Under the pieces are notes generated by a model that did no database searches, was not told the DNA's origin, and worked only from the letters and a program-made list of their open reading frames with translations. A DNA stretch of 64,000 nucleotides from Acidimicrobiales bacterium (GTDB lineage: Bacteria; Actinomycetota; Acidimicrobiia; Acidimicrobiales; Bog-793). Shown piece after piece: positions 1 to 9,612 of the stretch. How positions within the stretch are numbered: the stretch's first letter is position 1; every line of letters begins with the position of its first letter. The position numbers and the translations under genes are program-made. The DNA lies in assembly GCA_050015475.1 (NCBI GenBank), contig JBEKBI010000015.1, positions 182 to 64,181 of the forward strand, written 5' to 3'.

Positions 1-147
1 GGTCTTTGGGGCAGGTTGCTCACGTGTTCCTCACCCGTTCGCCACTGAGTCTTCACCAGTGTTGCCACCGGTTGGACTCCGTTCGACTTGCATGTGTTAA
101 GCACGCCGCCAGCGTTCGTCCTGAGCCAGGATCAAACTCTCCATCGA
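1..147 (-). rRNA. rrs: 16S ribosomal RNA, 5' end only (the gene continues past the window start)
   Basis: The reverse complement of 121-140 is AGAGTTTGATCCTGGCTCAG. It is followed by GACGAACGCTGGCGGCGTGCTTAACACATGCAAGTCGAACGG, the canonical bacterial 16S 5' region. The mature 5' end is placed about 7 nt upstream of AGAGTTTG by analogy. Confidence 0.95.
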
Positions 148-189
148 GATATCTGCGCCGGTGAGACCGGCGTTTCAATCTGGAGAGCT

Positions 190-217
190 GGTACCTCGAT
201 ACGGTGAACGAGGTACC
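190..217 (-). other. Perfect 9-bp stem / 10-nt loop hairpin in the pre-16S leader
   Basis: GGTACCTCG (190-198) and CGAGGTACC (209-217) are exact inverted repeats, lying 45-70 nt upstream of the mature 16S 5' end. A role in leader folding or processing is inferred only. Confidence 0.4.
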
Positions 218-616
218 AACTGGCACAAGAACAGTCTTGTTGTCCGTTCAAGTGCATTGACTTCGTGACCGTCGGCACCGTTGTGGTCCCGACAGCCACC
301 CGCACTGGCTTTTGGCTGTTCCTATTCCGTTGTCAAGGAGCGACGACGGAGCACGCTTCCTCTCGGAAGGAGGTGCCACCGCGCTGTGCGTTTGCCCTCT
401 TGGGGCGGCGGCGCACGTCACCATCCCAGGTACGGACCCTGAGGTCCGCCTGGCGCACGCCCAGATCAGGTCAACCCCGTTCTGAGCGGCTCTTGAGCGT
501 AGCACTACTGACACCTACGCGTGTCAAGCTTCCGAGACCTTCTGTACCCCCACGGTTCACGGTGGGGGCCGGCAACCTGGCCACCAAGCGCAGCAGTGCT
601 CGCTTCTCGCATCACC

Positions 617-1306
617 TTACCTGGCCGAGCGCGGGCGCGAGACGTTGGCGTCCCCGGGGATCCACCACCGCCAGGGCTCCTTCATTGCCGTGCACCTAGC
701 CGCGAGCCCGATCCGAGTGCCTATCTCTGGTCGAGCCGGCGGCGGCGTCCCGTCGTCAACCAGTACCACCCCGTTCAAGCCGCTGACCAGGTCGTACCCA
801 TCAGCGGAGCGGTCCAGGCCGAATGCCTGGCAGAGCTTCGCCGGGCCTGAACAGAGGTCCTCGGAGCGCCAACGCTGCGTCCGCCTGTCTGCCCCGGCGC
901 CGGTCTTCAACCCAGGGAGGACTGGCATCGCCCTGCTTCCGGGCCCGAAGCGGCGGGCCGCCATCTCCTCAAGTCCTGCCAGCGGTGCGAGAGCGCGGAT
1001 CAGGACCGCCCCCGGCTCGCCTTCGGGCCAGCACACGACGTTCGCGCAGTGGTGCATCCCATAGGTGAAATAGACGTACAAACTCCCTGGTGGTCCGAAC
1101 ATGGTCGCGTTCCTCGCGGTCTTCCCCCTGAAGGCGTGCGATGCCGCGTCAGAGGACCCCCGATACGCCTCCACCTCGACGATCCGGCCTGCGAGCCCAC
1201 CGTGCTCGAGAACTTTCCCCAGGAGCTCCGGCGCCACGAGCACAGGATCCCGGTCGAAGAACGACCGCGGGAGCACCTTGGCAGCCCGAGGGTCCGAGTC
1301 CACCAT
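617..1306 (-). CDS. mpg: DNA-3-methyladenine glycosylase (AAG/Mpg family)
   Basis: Family-typical blocks are FFDRDPVLVAPELLGKVL, EVEAY..SDAASHAF and GSLYVYFTYGMHHCANVV. Confidence 0.88.
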   Translation of the reverse strand: MVDSDPRAAKVLPRSFFDRDPVLVAPELLGKVLEHGGLAGRIVEVEAYRGSSDAASHAFRGKTARNATMFGPPGSLYVYFTYGMHHCANVVCWPEGEPGAVLIRALAPLAGLEEMAARRFGPGSRAMPVLPGLKTGAGADRRTQRWRSEDLCSGPAKLCQAFGLDRSADGYDLVSGLNGVVLVDDGTPPPARPEIGTRIGLAARCTAMKEPWRWWIPGDANVSRPRSAR

Positions 1307-1323
1307 TCTGCGACGCCGACCCG

Positions 1324-2712
1324 TTACTCCCCGCGCTCGACGAGCCGGGCCGCGTCCTTGTCGAGGCGTTCGCGGAAGTGGCTCAGTTGGAGCCGAACCG
1401 CGTAGGGGCCCGTGCCACCTGGCGTCGAACGCCGCTTCAGGGCCGAGCGCGCGTCCAGCACCTTGAGCGCCTCCTCACCGAGGGCAGGATCAGACGTCAC
1501 GAGTTCCGCCAGGGCTGCGCCTCCCTCGCTCGACTGCCGCACGAGGGCGGCTACCACTCCATGGGCCTGACGAAAAGCCATGCCACGACCCACGAGCCAC
1601 TCGGCGAGGTCGACAGCCGCCAGCCCGGGCCCGGCGGCCGCGGCCTCCATGCGGTCCAAATCGAATTTCAGGGTGCCGAGCAGGCCGTCCAGAGCCACGA
1701 GAGCCATCCCGACCTGGTCCAGAGCGTCGAAGAGCGGCTCCTTGTCCTCCTGGAGGTCCCGGTTGTAGGAGAGAGGCAGTCCCTTCAAAGTCGTGAGGAA
1801 CCCCGCCAGGTGCCCCACTAACCTGCCCGCCTTGCCCCGCGCGAGCTCCGCAACGTCGGGGTTCTTCTTCTGGGGAAGCATCGAGCTGCCGGTGGCCCAG
1901 GCGTCGTCGAGATGGAGGAAACCGAACTCCTCGGTCGAGAACAGCACGACCTCCTCTCCGATTCGCGACAGGTGTACCGCGAGCAGCGCAAGGTCGAACA
2001 AGGCCTCCGCGACAAAGTCACGATCGCCAACGGCGTCGAGCGAGTTCTCGAACTGTCCTGTGAAGCCCAGCTCCTCGGCCACAAGGCCTGCGTCAACCCC
2101 TAATGACGACCCGGCCAACGCGCCCGCTCCCAGAGGAGAGATGTCGAGACGCTGCACGGTCGCAAACATCCGGTCCGTGTCGCGGGCAAGGGCCCAACCG
2201 TGCGCAAGCAAGTGGTGAGCGACCAGTACCGGCTGCGCGCGCTGCATGTGCGTGTACCCGGGCATGAGGGCCTCGCCAACCTCGGTCGCTCGTCGCTCCA
2301 AGGTCGCCTGCAAGGCGAGGACGCGGCCAATCACCCGCCCTAGCTCCGTCCGGGTGAACAACCGCAGTGCCGTCGCCACCTGGTCATTCCGGCTCCGACC
2401 CGTGTGAAGCTTGGGCCCACTATCTGGGGCCAGCTCGCTCACGCGCCGCTCTATCGCCGTATGAATGTCCTCGTCGCCATCCCGGTACTCGAAAGCCCCG
2501 GTCAGGAGCTCCGCGCCCACTTGCTCGAGTGCGGCCGTGAGACAGGCCGCCTCCGCGACAGTCAAGATCCCCGCTCGTAGTAGTCCGTGCACATGGGCCA
2601 CCGACGCTCTCAAATCGCTGCTGGCCAGGCGTTTGTCGAACCTCAAGCTGGCCGTGAAGCCCATGAGCCCCTTGGCGGGCGCCGTCCCCATTCGATTCGC
2701 CCAAAGCGTCAC
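1324..2712 (-). CDS. argH: Argininosuccinate lyase
   Basis: Shows the fumarate-lyase signature GSSMLPQKKNP and the SRNDQVAT block. The start is set at GTG 2712, which forms a GTGA overlap with the argG stop. The track ORF extends to 2739. Confidence 0.93.
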   Translation of the reverse strand: MTLWANRMGTAPAKGLMGFTASLRFDKRLASSDLRASVAHVHGLLRAGILTVAEAACLTAALEQVGAELLTGAFEYRDGDEDIHTAIERRVSELAPDSGPKLHTGRSRNDQVATALRLFTRTELGRVIGRVLALQATLERRATEVGEALMPGYTHMQRAQPVLVAHHLLAHGWALARDTDRMFATVQRLDISPLGAGALAGSSLGVDAGLVAEELGFTGQFENSLDAVGDRDFVAEALFDLALLAVHLSRIGEEVVLFSTEEFGFLHLDDAWATGSSMLPQKKNPDVAELARGKAGRLVGHLAGFLTTLKGLPLSYNRDLQEDKEPLFDALDQVGMALVALDGLLGTLKFDLDRMEAAAAGPGLAAVDLAEWLVGRGMAFRQAHGVVAALVRQSSEGGAALAELVTSDPALGEEALKVLDARSALKRRSTPGGTGPYAVRLQLSHFRERLDKDAARLVERGE

Positions 2713-3902
2713 TCGGCGGCTCCCTGGAGAGCGGACCACGTCTGGATCCCGAGACCGAAGAGCCGCAGGAATCCAGCCGCGTCCTCGTGGCGGAAGGCGT
2801 CCTCGGCGTCATAGGTCGCGAGCTCGTTCACATAGAGCCCCACCGGACTCCTCCGTCCCACGACCTCGGCCCCGCCGCCGGGCTGGAACCGGAGCCGGAC
2901 CTCGCCTGTCACGAACCGCTGCGTCGAGGCCATGAACTCCGACATCGCCTGGCGCAACGGCGAGAACCACATCCCGTCGTAGACGAGCTCCGCGAAGCGA
3001 GGCTCGAGGCGGGCTTTCTCGTGGGCCACGTCGCGTTCGAGCGTGAGGCTTTCCAAGTCCGCGTGCGCCATGACAAGCGCCAATGCGCCAGGGCACTCAT
3101 AAATCTCACGGCTCTTGATGCCCACTCGGCGCCCTTCGACGATGTCAACCCGCCCGAAGCCGACCGATCCCGCGACACGTCCCAGCTCCGTGACCAGATC
3201 CACGAGCCCGAGGTTGGCGCCGTCGATGCTGACCGGGATTCCCTGTTCGAAGCCCACCGTCACTTCGATCGGCTCGGTCGCAACGGGCACGGTCAGAGCG
3301 TAGACATCCTCCGGCGGCGCAACCCAGGGGTCCTCCAGCACGCCGCATTCGATTGACCTTCCCCAGATGTTCTCGTCAATGGAGTAGATCCGGTCTTTCG
3401 TCACGGTGAGGGCGATGTCGTGCTTCTCGGCGTAGTCGATCGACTCCTCTCGGTTCATACCCCACACGCGAACCGGAGCGACGACCTCGAGGTCGGGTGC
3501 CAGGGCGCGCGTCCCGAGCTCAAAGCGGATCTGGTCATTGCCCTTGCCCGTGCAACCGTGGGCCACCGCCGAGGCGCCGTGGCGCCTCGCCACCGACACG
3601 AGGTGCCGCACGATGCACGGCCTTGAGAGAGCCGAGACGAGTGGGTAACGGCCCTCATACAAAGCGTTGGCTGCAAGCGCCGGCATCGCGAAGTCGTTCA
3701 GCAACTCCTCGCGTGCGTCGACAACAACCACTTCAGCAGCGCCCGCCGCGATCGCTCGCTCACGTATCGCGTCGAAATCGGCCTCCTGCCCGACGTTCAC
3801 GATTGTCGCGATCAGGTCGTAGCCGAGCTCCACGGCCAGCCAACCGACCGCGACCGATGTGTCAAGGCCGCCCGAATATGCGAGCACCACCCGCTTTGTC
3901 AC
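2709..3902 (-). CDS. argG: Argininosuccinate synthase
   Basis: N-terminal AYSGGLDTS ATP-binding motif, with full-length family resemblance. Confidence 0.95.
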   Translation of the reverse strand: MTKRVVLAYSGGLDTSVAVGWLAVELGYDLIATIVNVGQEADFDAIRERAIAAGAAEVVVVDAREELLNDFAMPALAANALYEGRYPLVSALSRPCIVRHLVSVARRHGASAVAHGCTGKGNDQIRFELGTRALAPDLEVVAPVRVWGMNREESIDYAEKHDIALTVTKDRIYSIDENIWGRSIECGVLEDPWVAPPEDVYALTVPVATEPIEVTVGFEQGIPVSIDGANLGLVDLVTELGRVAGSVGFGRVDIVEGRRVGIKSREIYECPGALALVMAHADLESLTLERDVAHEKARLEPRFAELVYDGMWFSPLRQAMSEFMASTQRFVTGEVRLRFQPGGGAEVVGRRSPVGLYVNELATYDAEDAFRHEDAAGFLRLFGLGIQTWSALQGAAE

Positions 3903-3974
3903 CTGGTTCCTGCCTCTCCGTGTTTGGCGCCGGTTCTTCTTGGGGAGCCACCGGCGGCATTTCTTACGACCGGG

Positions 3975-4463
3975 TTAGGGCCGGGCTCCCATGATCTCGT
4001 CGAGGCGCTGACACAACATCTCGCCCGTCAGGTGCTCCGCGGCTATCACGAGCACGGTGTCGTCGCCGGCTACCGTGCCGATCGCGCCGTCAAGGCCTGC
4101 GCGGTCGAGGGCGGACCCCACGACGTGGGCACAGCCAGGTGGCGTGCGCAATACCGCGAGATTCCCTGACGAAGCGATCTCCACCACCCACTCGATCAGC
4201 ACTCTGCGCAGGTGGTCGACCGGGGCAACTTGATCCTTGGGCAGCTCGGGAAGCGCGTAGACATGCCGGTCCGCCCCGGGCACCCGCACCTTCAGAGCAC
4301 CTATCTCCTCCAGGTCCCGGGACACCGTCGCCTGGGTCGCGGCAACACCAACGCTGCCCAGCAGCTCAACGAGCTGCTCCTGGCTGGACACCTCCTTGTC
4401 CGCCAAGATCTGAATGATGATGTGCTGGCGCGAGTGTTTCGTCGGCCTCGTGTGCGTCGTCAC
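3975..4463 (-). CDS. argR: Arginine repressor
   Basis: About 160 aa, with an N-terminal winged-helix block (RQHIIIQILADKEVSSQEQLVELL, ATVSRDLEE) and a C-terminal oligomerisation/arginine-binding block (GTVAGDDTVLVI). The GTG start is preceded by GAGGAGG 6 nt upstream. Confidence 0.9.
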   Translation of the reverse strand: MTTHTRPTKHSRQHIIIQILADKEVSSQEQLVELLGSVGVAATQATVSRDLEEIGALKVRVPGADRHVYALPELPKDQVAPVDHLRRVLIEWVVEIASSGNLAVLRTPPGCAHVVGSALDRAGLDGAIGTVAGDDTVLVIAAEHLTGEMLCQRLDEIMGARP

Positions 4464-4786
4464 TCCATGCCTCCTCTCGGCACTTTCGCGGCAGTCGCCT
4501 TAGGTGCCAAACGAAGTATCGTCGCGGGCTTCCCTTCACCCGGCGATTCGCCCCTCGCATCGACAGAGCCGACGGCGGGACGCGCCAGACCCCCGGGCGC
4601 GATCGCAGAGAACACGCGGTGACCTAACCGGCTCGTGGCTTTGGAGCGCCCCTCGTCGGCCCGCTGGTCCGTTCCGGCCTCGCCCCGAACGCGACCGGCC
4701 TGCCTACCTGCGCGGCCCACGGGGCCAGAAGGCACTTCTGCTCCCGGGCATCCCACGCCCCCTACGAAGCTGGCTCTCATCGCATG

Positions 4787-4815
4787 ACAATACAGTGGCG
4801 CGAGTATTTATGCAA
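4787..4815 (-). promoter_or_regulatory. Candidate sigma-70-type promoter, possibly with ARG-box-like half sites, far upstream of argR
   Basis: The minus strand reads TTGCAT (4815-4810), a 17-nt spacer, then TATTGT (4792-4787). It sits inside the only AT-rich island of the 470-bp argR upstream gap. TTGCATAAATA and TATTGTCATGC resemble ARG-box half sites (from memory). Confidence 0.3.
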
Positions 4816-4933
4816 TTTGGGCGAGAATAGGCCCTTGTCCAGTTGACCCGCAATGACTGCACCCGCCTCGTGAGCCGGCCTTCCCTGCCCGACCGAGACC
4901 GGGACTGCGGCCAGCAGGCCCGGGCCGCGCCCG

Positions 4934-6574
4934 TCAGGGTCGAAAGGCCTCCACGCCGTCGGTCGTCCCGACGACGATCTCGCCCTCGCCTGCAGCGGGT
5001 GTGACGAAGTGGTCGACGGGCGCGAGCCCTTCGGTGACGAGCACCCTGCCCGTCGCGGGGTTCATCCCGTAAAGGACATTGGCGGCCCCACCACCCCCGT
5101 CCGCTCCGGTGGAGATGGCCCAAACGAGGCCACCGGCGACGATCGGCGGTCCGTTCGGGTTGCCCCTAGAGGCCTCCCAGATCCGGCTGAACGATGGGTG
5201 GGCGCCCGTCTTGACCTCAAGTGCGACCGTGCCGCGCGGACAGGGGACGAAAACAACGATCCTCGCCGCGGCTCTCACCTCTACGATCGCGGTCGCGTTG
5301 GCCCCGAAGACAAATCCCGCGTCTGGGCAGACAACGCCTTTGAAGAGCGGGTGGCCGATACCACCGAGCGCCTTCGGGTTCAAAAGGTATCCCCAACTCT
5401 GCTCGGCCCCGCCGTTGCCCGTGTCGTAACCCGCCTTGCCTGACTGAAACAACAATCCTTCGCCCGGCAGCAGGGTCGGCCCGTCCGAACCGAGGTCGAG
5501 GTCGGCCTCGCTCAGATACGCCCACGACCCGGGCGCGAAGTAGCTCAGCACCTTTAAGGCGGGAGACAGCTTGACGACGGCGTCGCCGTAGTCGAACGAC
5601 TGCCCGGGCCCGTGACCTCCGTTCCCGGTCGCCACGAACAAGTCGCCCTTGGAGTCTGCGGCTGCCCCTGAGGTGGCCCAGATCCCGGCCTCGCGGTTCG
5701 AGGGCGTCTCGTATACCGCGAGTGCGCCCTTGCCGGACTCAGGCAGGGAGACGACGTAGCCGTGATAGATCGAGCAGTCGCCCGTGAGCCCCCCGTACTC
5801 GACATAGACCCGGCCGTTCACGAGTGATAGCGCCGCCCGCTCCTGCTCAGCCGCGACGATGTACGTCCCGTGCGTCCCGTTGCCCGCGTGTGCTGGATCG
5901 ATCCAGCGCGTCCAGACGACCTTGTGGTTGCTCAGGCGAACCGCGACCATGAGGTGCCTAACGCCGGTCCACGCCGAGGTCCCGGCCTTCTGTACTTCTG
6001 CGGCGAGGTAGAGGACGCCGGTCTTGGCGTCTATCACGGGCGTGCCGGTGATCCCGAGCGGGAATATGTCGCCACAGCCGGCCAGTCCTGGTCCGCCTTG
6101 CACGGAGGCCGACTGGGCTGGCTTGCCCACGTTTATCTTCCAGTCCACCGCCCCGGTACTGGCCTTGAGCGCGTAGAGATCGTCTTGTTCGGTGACGACC
6201 AGCACCGTCCCCCCATAGATGAGCGGCTCGGCATATATGTCACCACTTATCCTCGACCCGTTGGTGATCCAGGCAACCACGACGTGCCTGAAGGACGGGT
6301 CTTTCGCATCGAAGCCTTGGCGGTCGTTGCCGTAGTGATAGGTCACCAGGGTCTCGGCCGAGCCGGATGCCACGGCCACCGACACAGTCGTCACCGGGTG
6401 CGTGACCTCCGGTTGGCTCGTCGAAGTGGCCGCGGCGGGCGCGGAGCTGTTCGAGCACGCCGTAAGAGCCAGCGCCAGTCCGGCCGCGCCGGCAACAACG
6501 AGGAGCCTGCCGCTCGGAGCCGGGATCCAACAACGCCTGAAAGCGGTTCCGCGGTTGCTCGTGAGTAGATGCAT
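4934..6574 (-). CDS. Secreted PQQ-like/BamB-like beta-propeller repeat lipoprotein
   Basis: Signal peptide with lipobox LTAC. Repeated blocks of the type DDLYALKASTGAVDWK are typical of PQQ-like propeller blades. GGAGG lies 7 nt upstream of the ATG. Confidence 0.75.
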   Translation of the reverse strand: MHLLTSNRGTAFRRCWIPAPSGRLLVVAGAAGLALALTACSNSSAPAAATSTSQPEVTHPVTTVSVAVASGSAETLVTYHYGNDRQGFDAKDPSFRHVVVAWITNGSRISGDIYAEPLIYGGTVLVVTEQDDLYALKASTGAVDWKINVGKPAQSASVQGGPGLAGCGDIFPLGITGTPVIDAKTGVLYLAAEVQKAGTSAWTGVRHLMVAVRLSNHKVVWTRWIDPAHAGNGTHGTYIVAAEQERAALSLVNGRVYVEYGGLTGDCSIYHGYVVSLPESGKGALAVYETPSNREAGIWATSGAAADSKGDLFVATGNGGHGPGQSFDYGDAVVKLSPALKVLSYFAPGSWAYLSEADLDLGSDGPTLLPGEGLLFQSGKAGYDTGNGGAEQSWGYLLNPKALGGIGHPLFKGVVCPDAGFVFGANATAIVEVRAAARIVVFVPCPRGTVALEVKTGAHPSFSRIWEASRGNPNGPPIVAGGLVWAISTGADGGGGAANVLYGMNPATGRVLVTEGLAPVDHFVTPAAGEGEIVVGTTDGVEAFRP

Positions 6575-6618
6575 CTCGCGCCTCCTGCTACCGCAATGAG
6601 CTTAGGAAAGCTCCCTTG

Positions 6619-6635
6619 GCGGCGTGCGACGCCGC
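6619..6635 (-). terminator. Candidate stem-loop between the ABC permease and the lipoprotein gene
   Basis: GCGGCGT gcg ACGCCGC forms a 7-bp GC stem with a 3-nt loop in the 194-bp gap. There is no clear U-tract. Confidence 0.25.
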
Positions 6636-6768
6636 ACACAGAATTCCGCTGGTAGCTGGCCGGTTGGTGTGGCGACTCCGATTGCAGATCGCAGGGTCAC
6701 CGGCGGGCGCCGGCTGTCCGATGTCGTCGAGCGCCGAGTGGGGCTCCTTCGACTGGCCGCCTTGAGCG

Positions 6769-7560
6769 CTAGGCGGTCACGTCTCTTCGCACGAAAACGA
6801 CCATCGTGATCGCTACCGCTGCCGCCAGGTACACCGACATCGTCGCCAAGGCGGGGCCGAAGGGCGCCGTGGCGGTCCCCCCCTGCGAGATCGCCTCGAG
6901 CAGCTGAGCCGGCAACCAGCGCGCCGCTCCGGCCACCGCGTCGGTGATGATCGTCTCGATCGGGAGCAGCACGGCCAGCCCCGCCGCGATCGCGATCACC
7001 GACGAGCGCAGCAGCACACCGGCGATCATGCCGATGATGGCGAAGCCGCAGGCGGAAATGGCGGTATCCCCCGACGTGGTGCCCAGCCCCGCCATGCCGG
7101 CGCCAGAGGTCCACGCCTCAGTCGGGATCCCCCGCAAATGCGCCATGACGAACGCGGCGCAGATACCAAAACTGGTCGCCACGGCCACCGCACCGAGGAG
7201 GAAGGTAAGCACCGCCAGGCACTTCCCGGTCATGAGCACCCATCGGCGCGGCTGGCGCACAAGCAGGTTGCGGAGCGTCCCATGCGAGAACTCAGCGCCG
7301 AATTGGAAAGCGGCGATCGCGAAGGAGACGGCGCCGAGGAGAACCCCCGACTGGCTCAGCCCCTGGCCGAGTCCTGACGACTGGGCGAGCTGAGCGAGCG
7401 TCAGGTTCCCTTGCGGATCCGGGCGGAGGTGCGCACCGGCGATCGTCACGATCGTCGTCAGCACGACGACAGCGGCGATGGCGCCATAGCACCCGTACCA
7501 CAGGCGCCGGCGTCGCATCTTCACCCACTCGCTGTGGAACGACCTCCAGACCATGATCAT
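6769..7560 (-). CDS. ABC-2 type transporter permease
   Basis: Hydrophobic protein of about 6 TM segments. Its start forms an ATGA overlap with the stop of the upstream ABC ATPase. Confidence 0.75.
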   Translation of the reverse strand: MIMVWRSFHSEWVKMRRRRLWYGCYGAIAAVVVLTTIVTIAGAHLRPDPQGNLTLAQLAQSSGLGQGLSQSGVLLGAVSFAIAAFQFGAEFSHGTLRNLLVRQPRRWVLMTGKCLAVLTFLLGAVAVATSFGICAAFVMAHLRGIPTEAWTSGAGMAGLGTTSGDTAISACGFAIIGMIAGVLLRSSVIAIAAGLAVLLPIETIITDAVAGAARWLPAQLLEAISQGGTATAPFGPALATMSVYLAAAVAITMVVFVRRDVTA

Positions 7561-8747
7561 TGGCCCTGCCCCACCCGAGGTACGCGCCGGCGATCGGGCC
7601 CACCCATCAAGTACGGCAGTTCTTCCTTCACCTCTCCTGCCTTCGCGCGAGCGCGGGTGATCTCGAAGAAGGCCTCCTCGAGGGTTGCACGCCTCTCGGA
7701 AAGATGGACGAGCGTGATCCCGTTCGTCATGGCTAGGCGGTTGAGGTCACCTGCCCAGTCGCAGTCCGCGGCGATTATCAGGCTCGTCCCTGCCTGCTCG
7801 CTCACGACGCGCACCCTCCGGCCAGTCTTCTCCACCAGCTCCTTCAAGCGCTCCGCGTGCTCGTGGTTCTCGGCCCGCACCGTCAGCTCTGGGCCCCGCG
7901 CCGCCAGCAGCTCCTCGACCCGGCCCTGGAACAACAGCCGGCCGGTCTCTATGACCACCAGGTACTCGCAGATTTGCTGGATCTCGGCAAGCAGGTGAGA
8001 CGACACGAACACCGTCATGCCCTCATCGGCGAACGAGCGCAGCATGGCGCGGATCTCGGCGATGCCGTGTGGATCGAGGCCATTGGTCGGCTCGTCGAGC
8101 ACCAGCAATTCGGGACCGGGAAGGACAGCGGCCGCGATCCCCAGGCGCTGGCGCATGCCGAGCGAGTAGGTCCGGAACAAGTCCGGGCCCCGCTCCGCCA
8201 GGCCGACTCGCTCGAGTACCTCGTCCACTCTCGCCGGGCGCAAGCCGCCGATTCGAGCGAGCACCATCAAGTTCTCCCGTCCCGACAAGGCTGGGTAGAA
8301 CGTGGGTCCCTCGATCAGCGCGCCGACACGCGGCAGGTAGGCGCGGGCCTTGCCGAGCGGTTGGCCGAGCACTGTCCCCGACCCGGCACTGGGCCGAGTC
8401 AGGCCAAGAAGCATCCGCATCGTGCTCGTCTTCCCCGCCCCATTGGGTCCTACGAAACCGGAGATGGCACCGGCCGGGATCCTCAGATCGAGCCCGTCGA
8501 CGGCCTTGCGCTTGCCGAAGCGTTTCGTGAGTCCATGGGTGACGACAGCACAGCTGTCGACCCTCCGCTCAGTAAATCGCGCGGCGGGCCGGGCCGCGAC
8601 TGCAGCCGCGCTCACCTCACGATGAAACCACAGTTTTCGTGCCACCGGACGCAGGGGTCGTAAGTCACGCCTAGTCTCGGCCGACGGCGTCGGGGCCGCG
8701 CCGTGGTGAGACTGCTCCACCCGGTGGGAGCCTCCCACCGGATTCAC
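7557..8747 (-). CDS. ABC transporter ATP-binding protein (start uncertain)
   Basis: Walker A GPNGAGKTST, signature YSLGMRQRL, Walker B LLVLDEPTNGLD. The first ~65 aa of the track ORF lie outside the ABC domain, so the true start may be an internal GTG. Confidence 0.88.
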   Translation of the reverse strand: MNPVGGSHRVEQSHHGAAPTPSAETRRDLRPLRPVARKLWFHREVSAAAVAARPAARFTERRVDSCAVVTHGLTKRFGKRKAVDGLDLRIPAGAISGFVGPNGAGKTSTMRMLLGLTRPSAGSGTVLGQPLGKARAYLPRVGALIEGPTFYPALSGRENLMVLARIGGLRPARVDEVLERVGLAERGPDLFRTYSLGMRQRLGIAAAVLPGPELLVLDEPTNGLDPHGIAEIRAMLRSFADEGMTVFVSSHLLAEIQQICEYLVVIETGRLLFQGRVEELLAARGPELTVRAENHEHAERLKELVEKTGRRVRVVSEQAGTSLIIAADCDWAGDLNRLAMTNGITLVHLSERRATLEEAFFEITRARAKAGEVKEELPYLMGGPDRRRVPRVGQGQ

Positions 8748-8795
8748 GTCATCACCCCTTCTGGCCCGCCTTGCGCCTCAGCTCATCGGCGGGGC

Positions 8796-9452
8796 TCAAT
8801 CGTCGTCCTGCCAGTCATAGGGGCCAGCGTCATCGGGGTCGTAGCGCTCCGGCTCGGCAGCCCTCGCCGCCTGCACGAAGGCCCTCACCAAGCGGGCGTC
8901 CTTCTTGCCGACGCTTGACTCCACTCCCGTCGAGCCATCGACACCCCAGGGGTGGACCGTTCGGATCGCGTCGGCGACGTTGTCCGGATCCAGTCCGCCC
9001 CCGATCACCAGACGGCGCCCGTGGGGGGCGCCTTCTGCCAGGCGCCAGTCGAACACCTTGCCCGAGCCCGGCGAGGGGCTGTCGACCAGCACTATGTCCG
9101 CGCCGTACTCCGACGCCCGCTCGAGGCGGGCATCCCCCGCCGCAAAGGACTTGATGACAAGTGGCACCCGTACTGACACATAGCCGCACTCTTCGAATGT
9201 CTCGTTGCCGTTCAGTTGAGCGGCATCGAGCCCGGCGCGATTGACGATCTCCACCACCCGGCGCGGCTCCTCGTCGCGGAACACACCCACTGTGAAGATC
9301 TCGTGAGGAAGCCGTCGCGTGATGGCGGCCACTGCACTCGGGCTCATCTGGCGCGGCGAAGGAGCGAAGATGAACCCGACCGCGTCGGCCCCCATCGCCA
9401 CCGCGAGCAGGGCGTCCTCCTCGCTTGTGATCCCGCAGATCTTCACCCACAT
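8796..9452 (-). CDS. trpF: Phosphoribosylanthranilate isomerase
   Basis: MWVKICGIT, GADAVGFIF..SPR, VGVF, QLNG and GVDGSTGVE blocks. ATG 9452 is preceded by GGAGG with a 5-nt spacer. The track ORF is 37 aa longer. Confidence 0.85.
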   Translation of the reverse strand: MWVKICGITSEEDALLAVAMGADAVGFIFAPSPRQMSPSAVAAITRRLPHEIFTVGVFRDEEPRRVVEIVNRAGLDAAQLNGNETFEECGYVSVRVPLVIKSFAAGDARLERASEYGADIVLVDSPSPGSGKVFDWRLAEGAPHGRRLVIGGGLDPDNVADAIRTVHPWGVDGSTGVESSVGKKDARLVRAFVQAARAAEPERYDPDDAGPYDWQDDD

Positions 9453-9612
9453 GGCAACCTCCGCCTGCTGAGTGACGGGGCCGAAGCAGTCGCTTCCCCC
9501 TCGATCCCGTTCGGATCCCGCTCCTCGCTCCTCGCGCCTCGCAAGGGCTTTCGTCCGGCGCAATCGCGGTGTGCGGGCACGCGCCCGAGCCTACTGGCCT
9601 ACCCGGCGCGCC

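Noticed and set aside
4460-4780. 106-aa ORF filling the argR leader and ending in ATGGAGTGA across the argR GTG
   Set aside because: Its composition (Gly/Arg/Ala/Pro-rich) and lack of an RBS suggest it is non-coding. It is kept only as a remark within the argR-leader finding.
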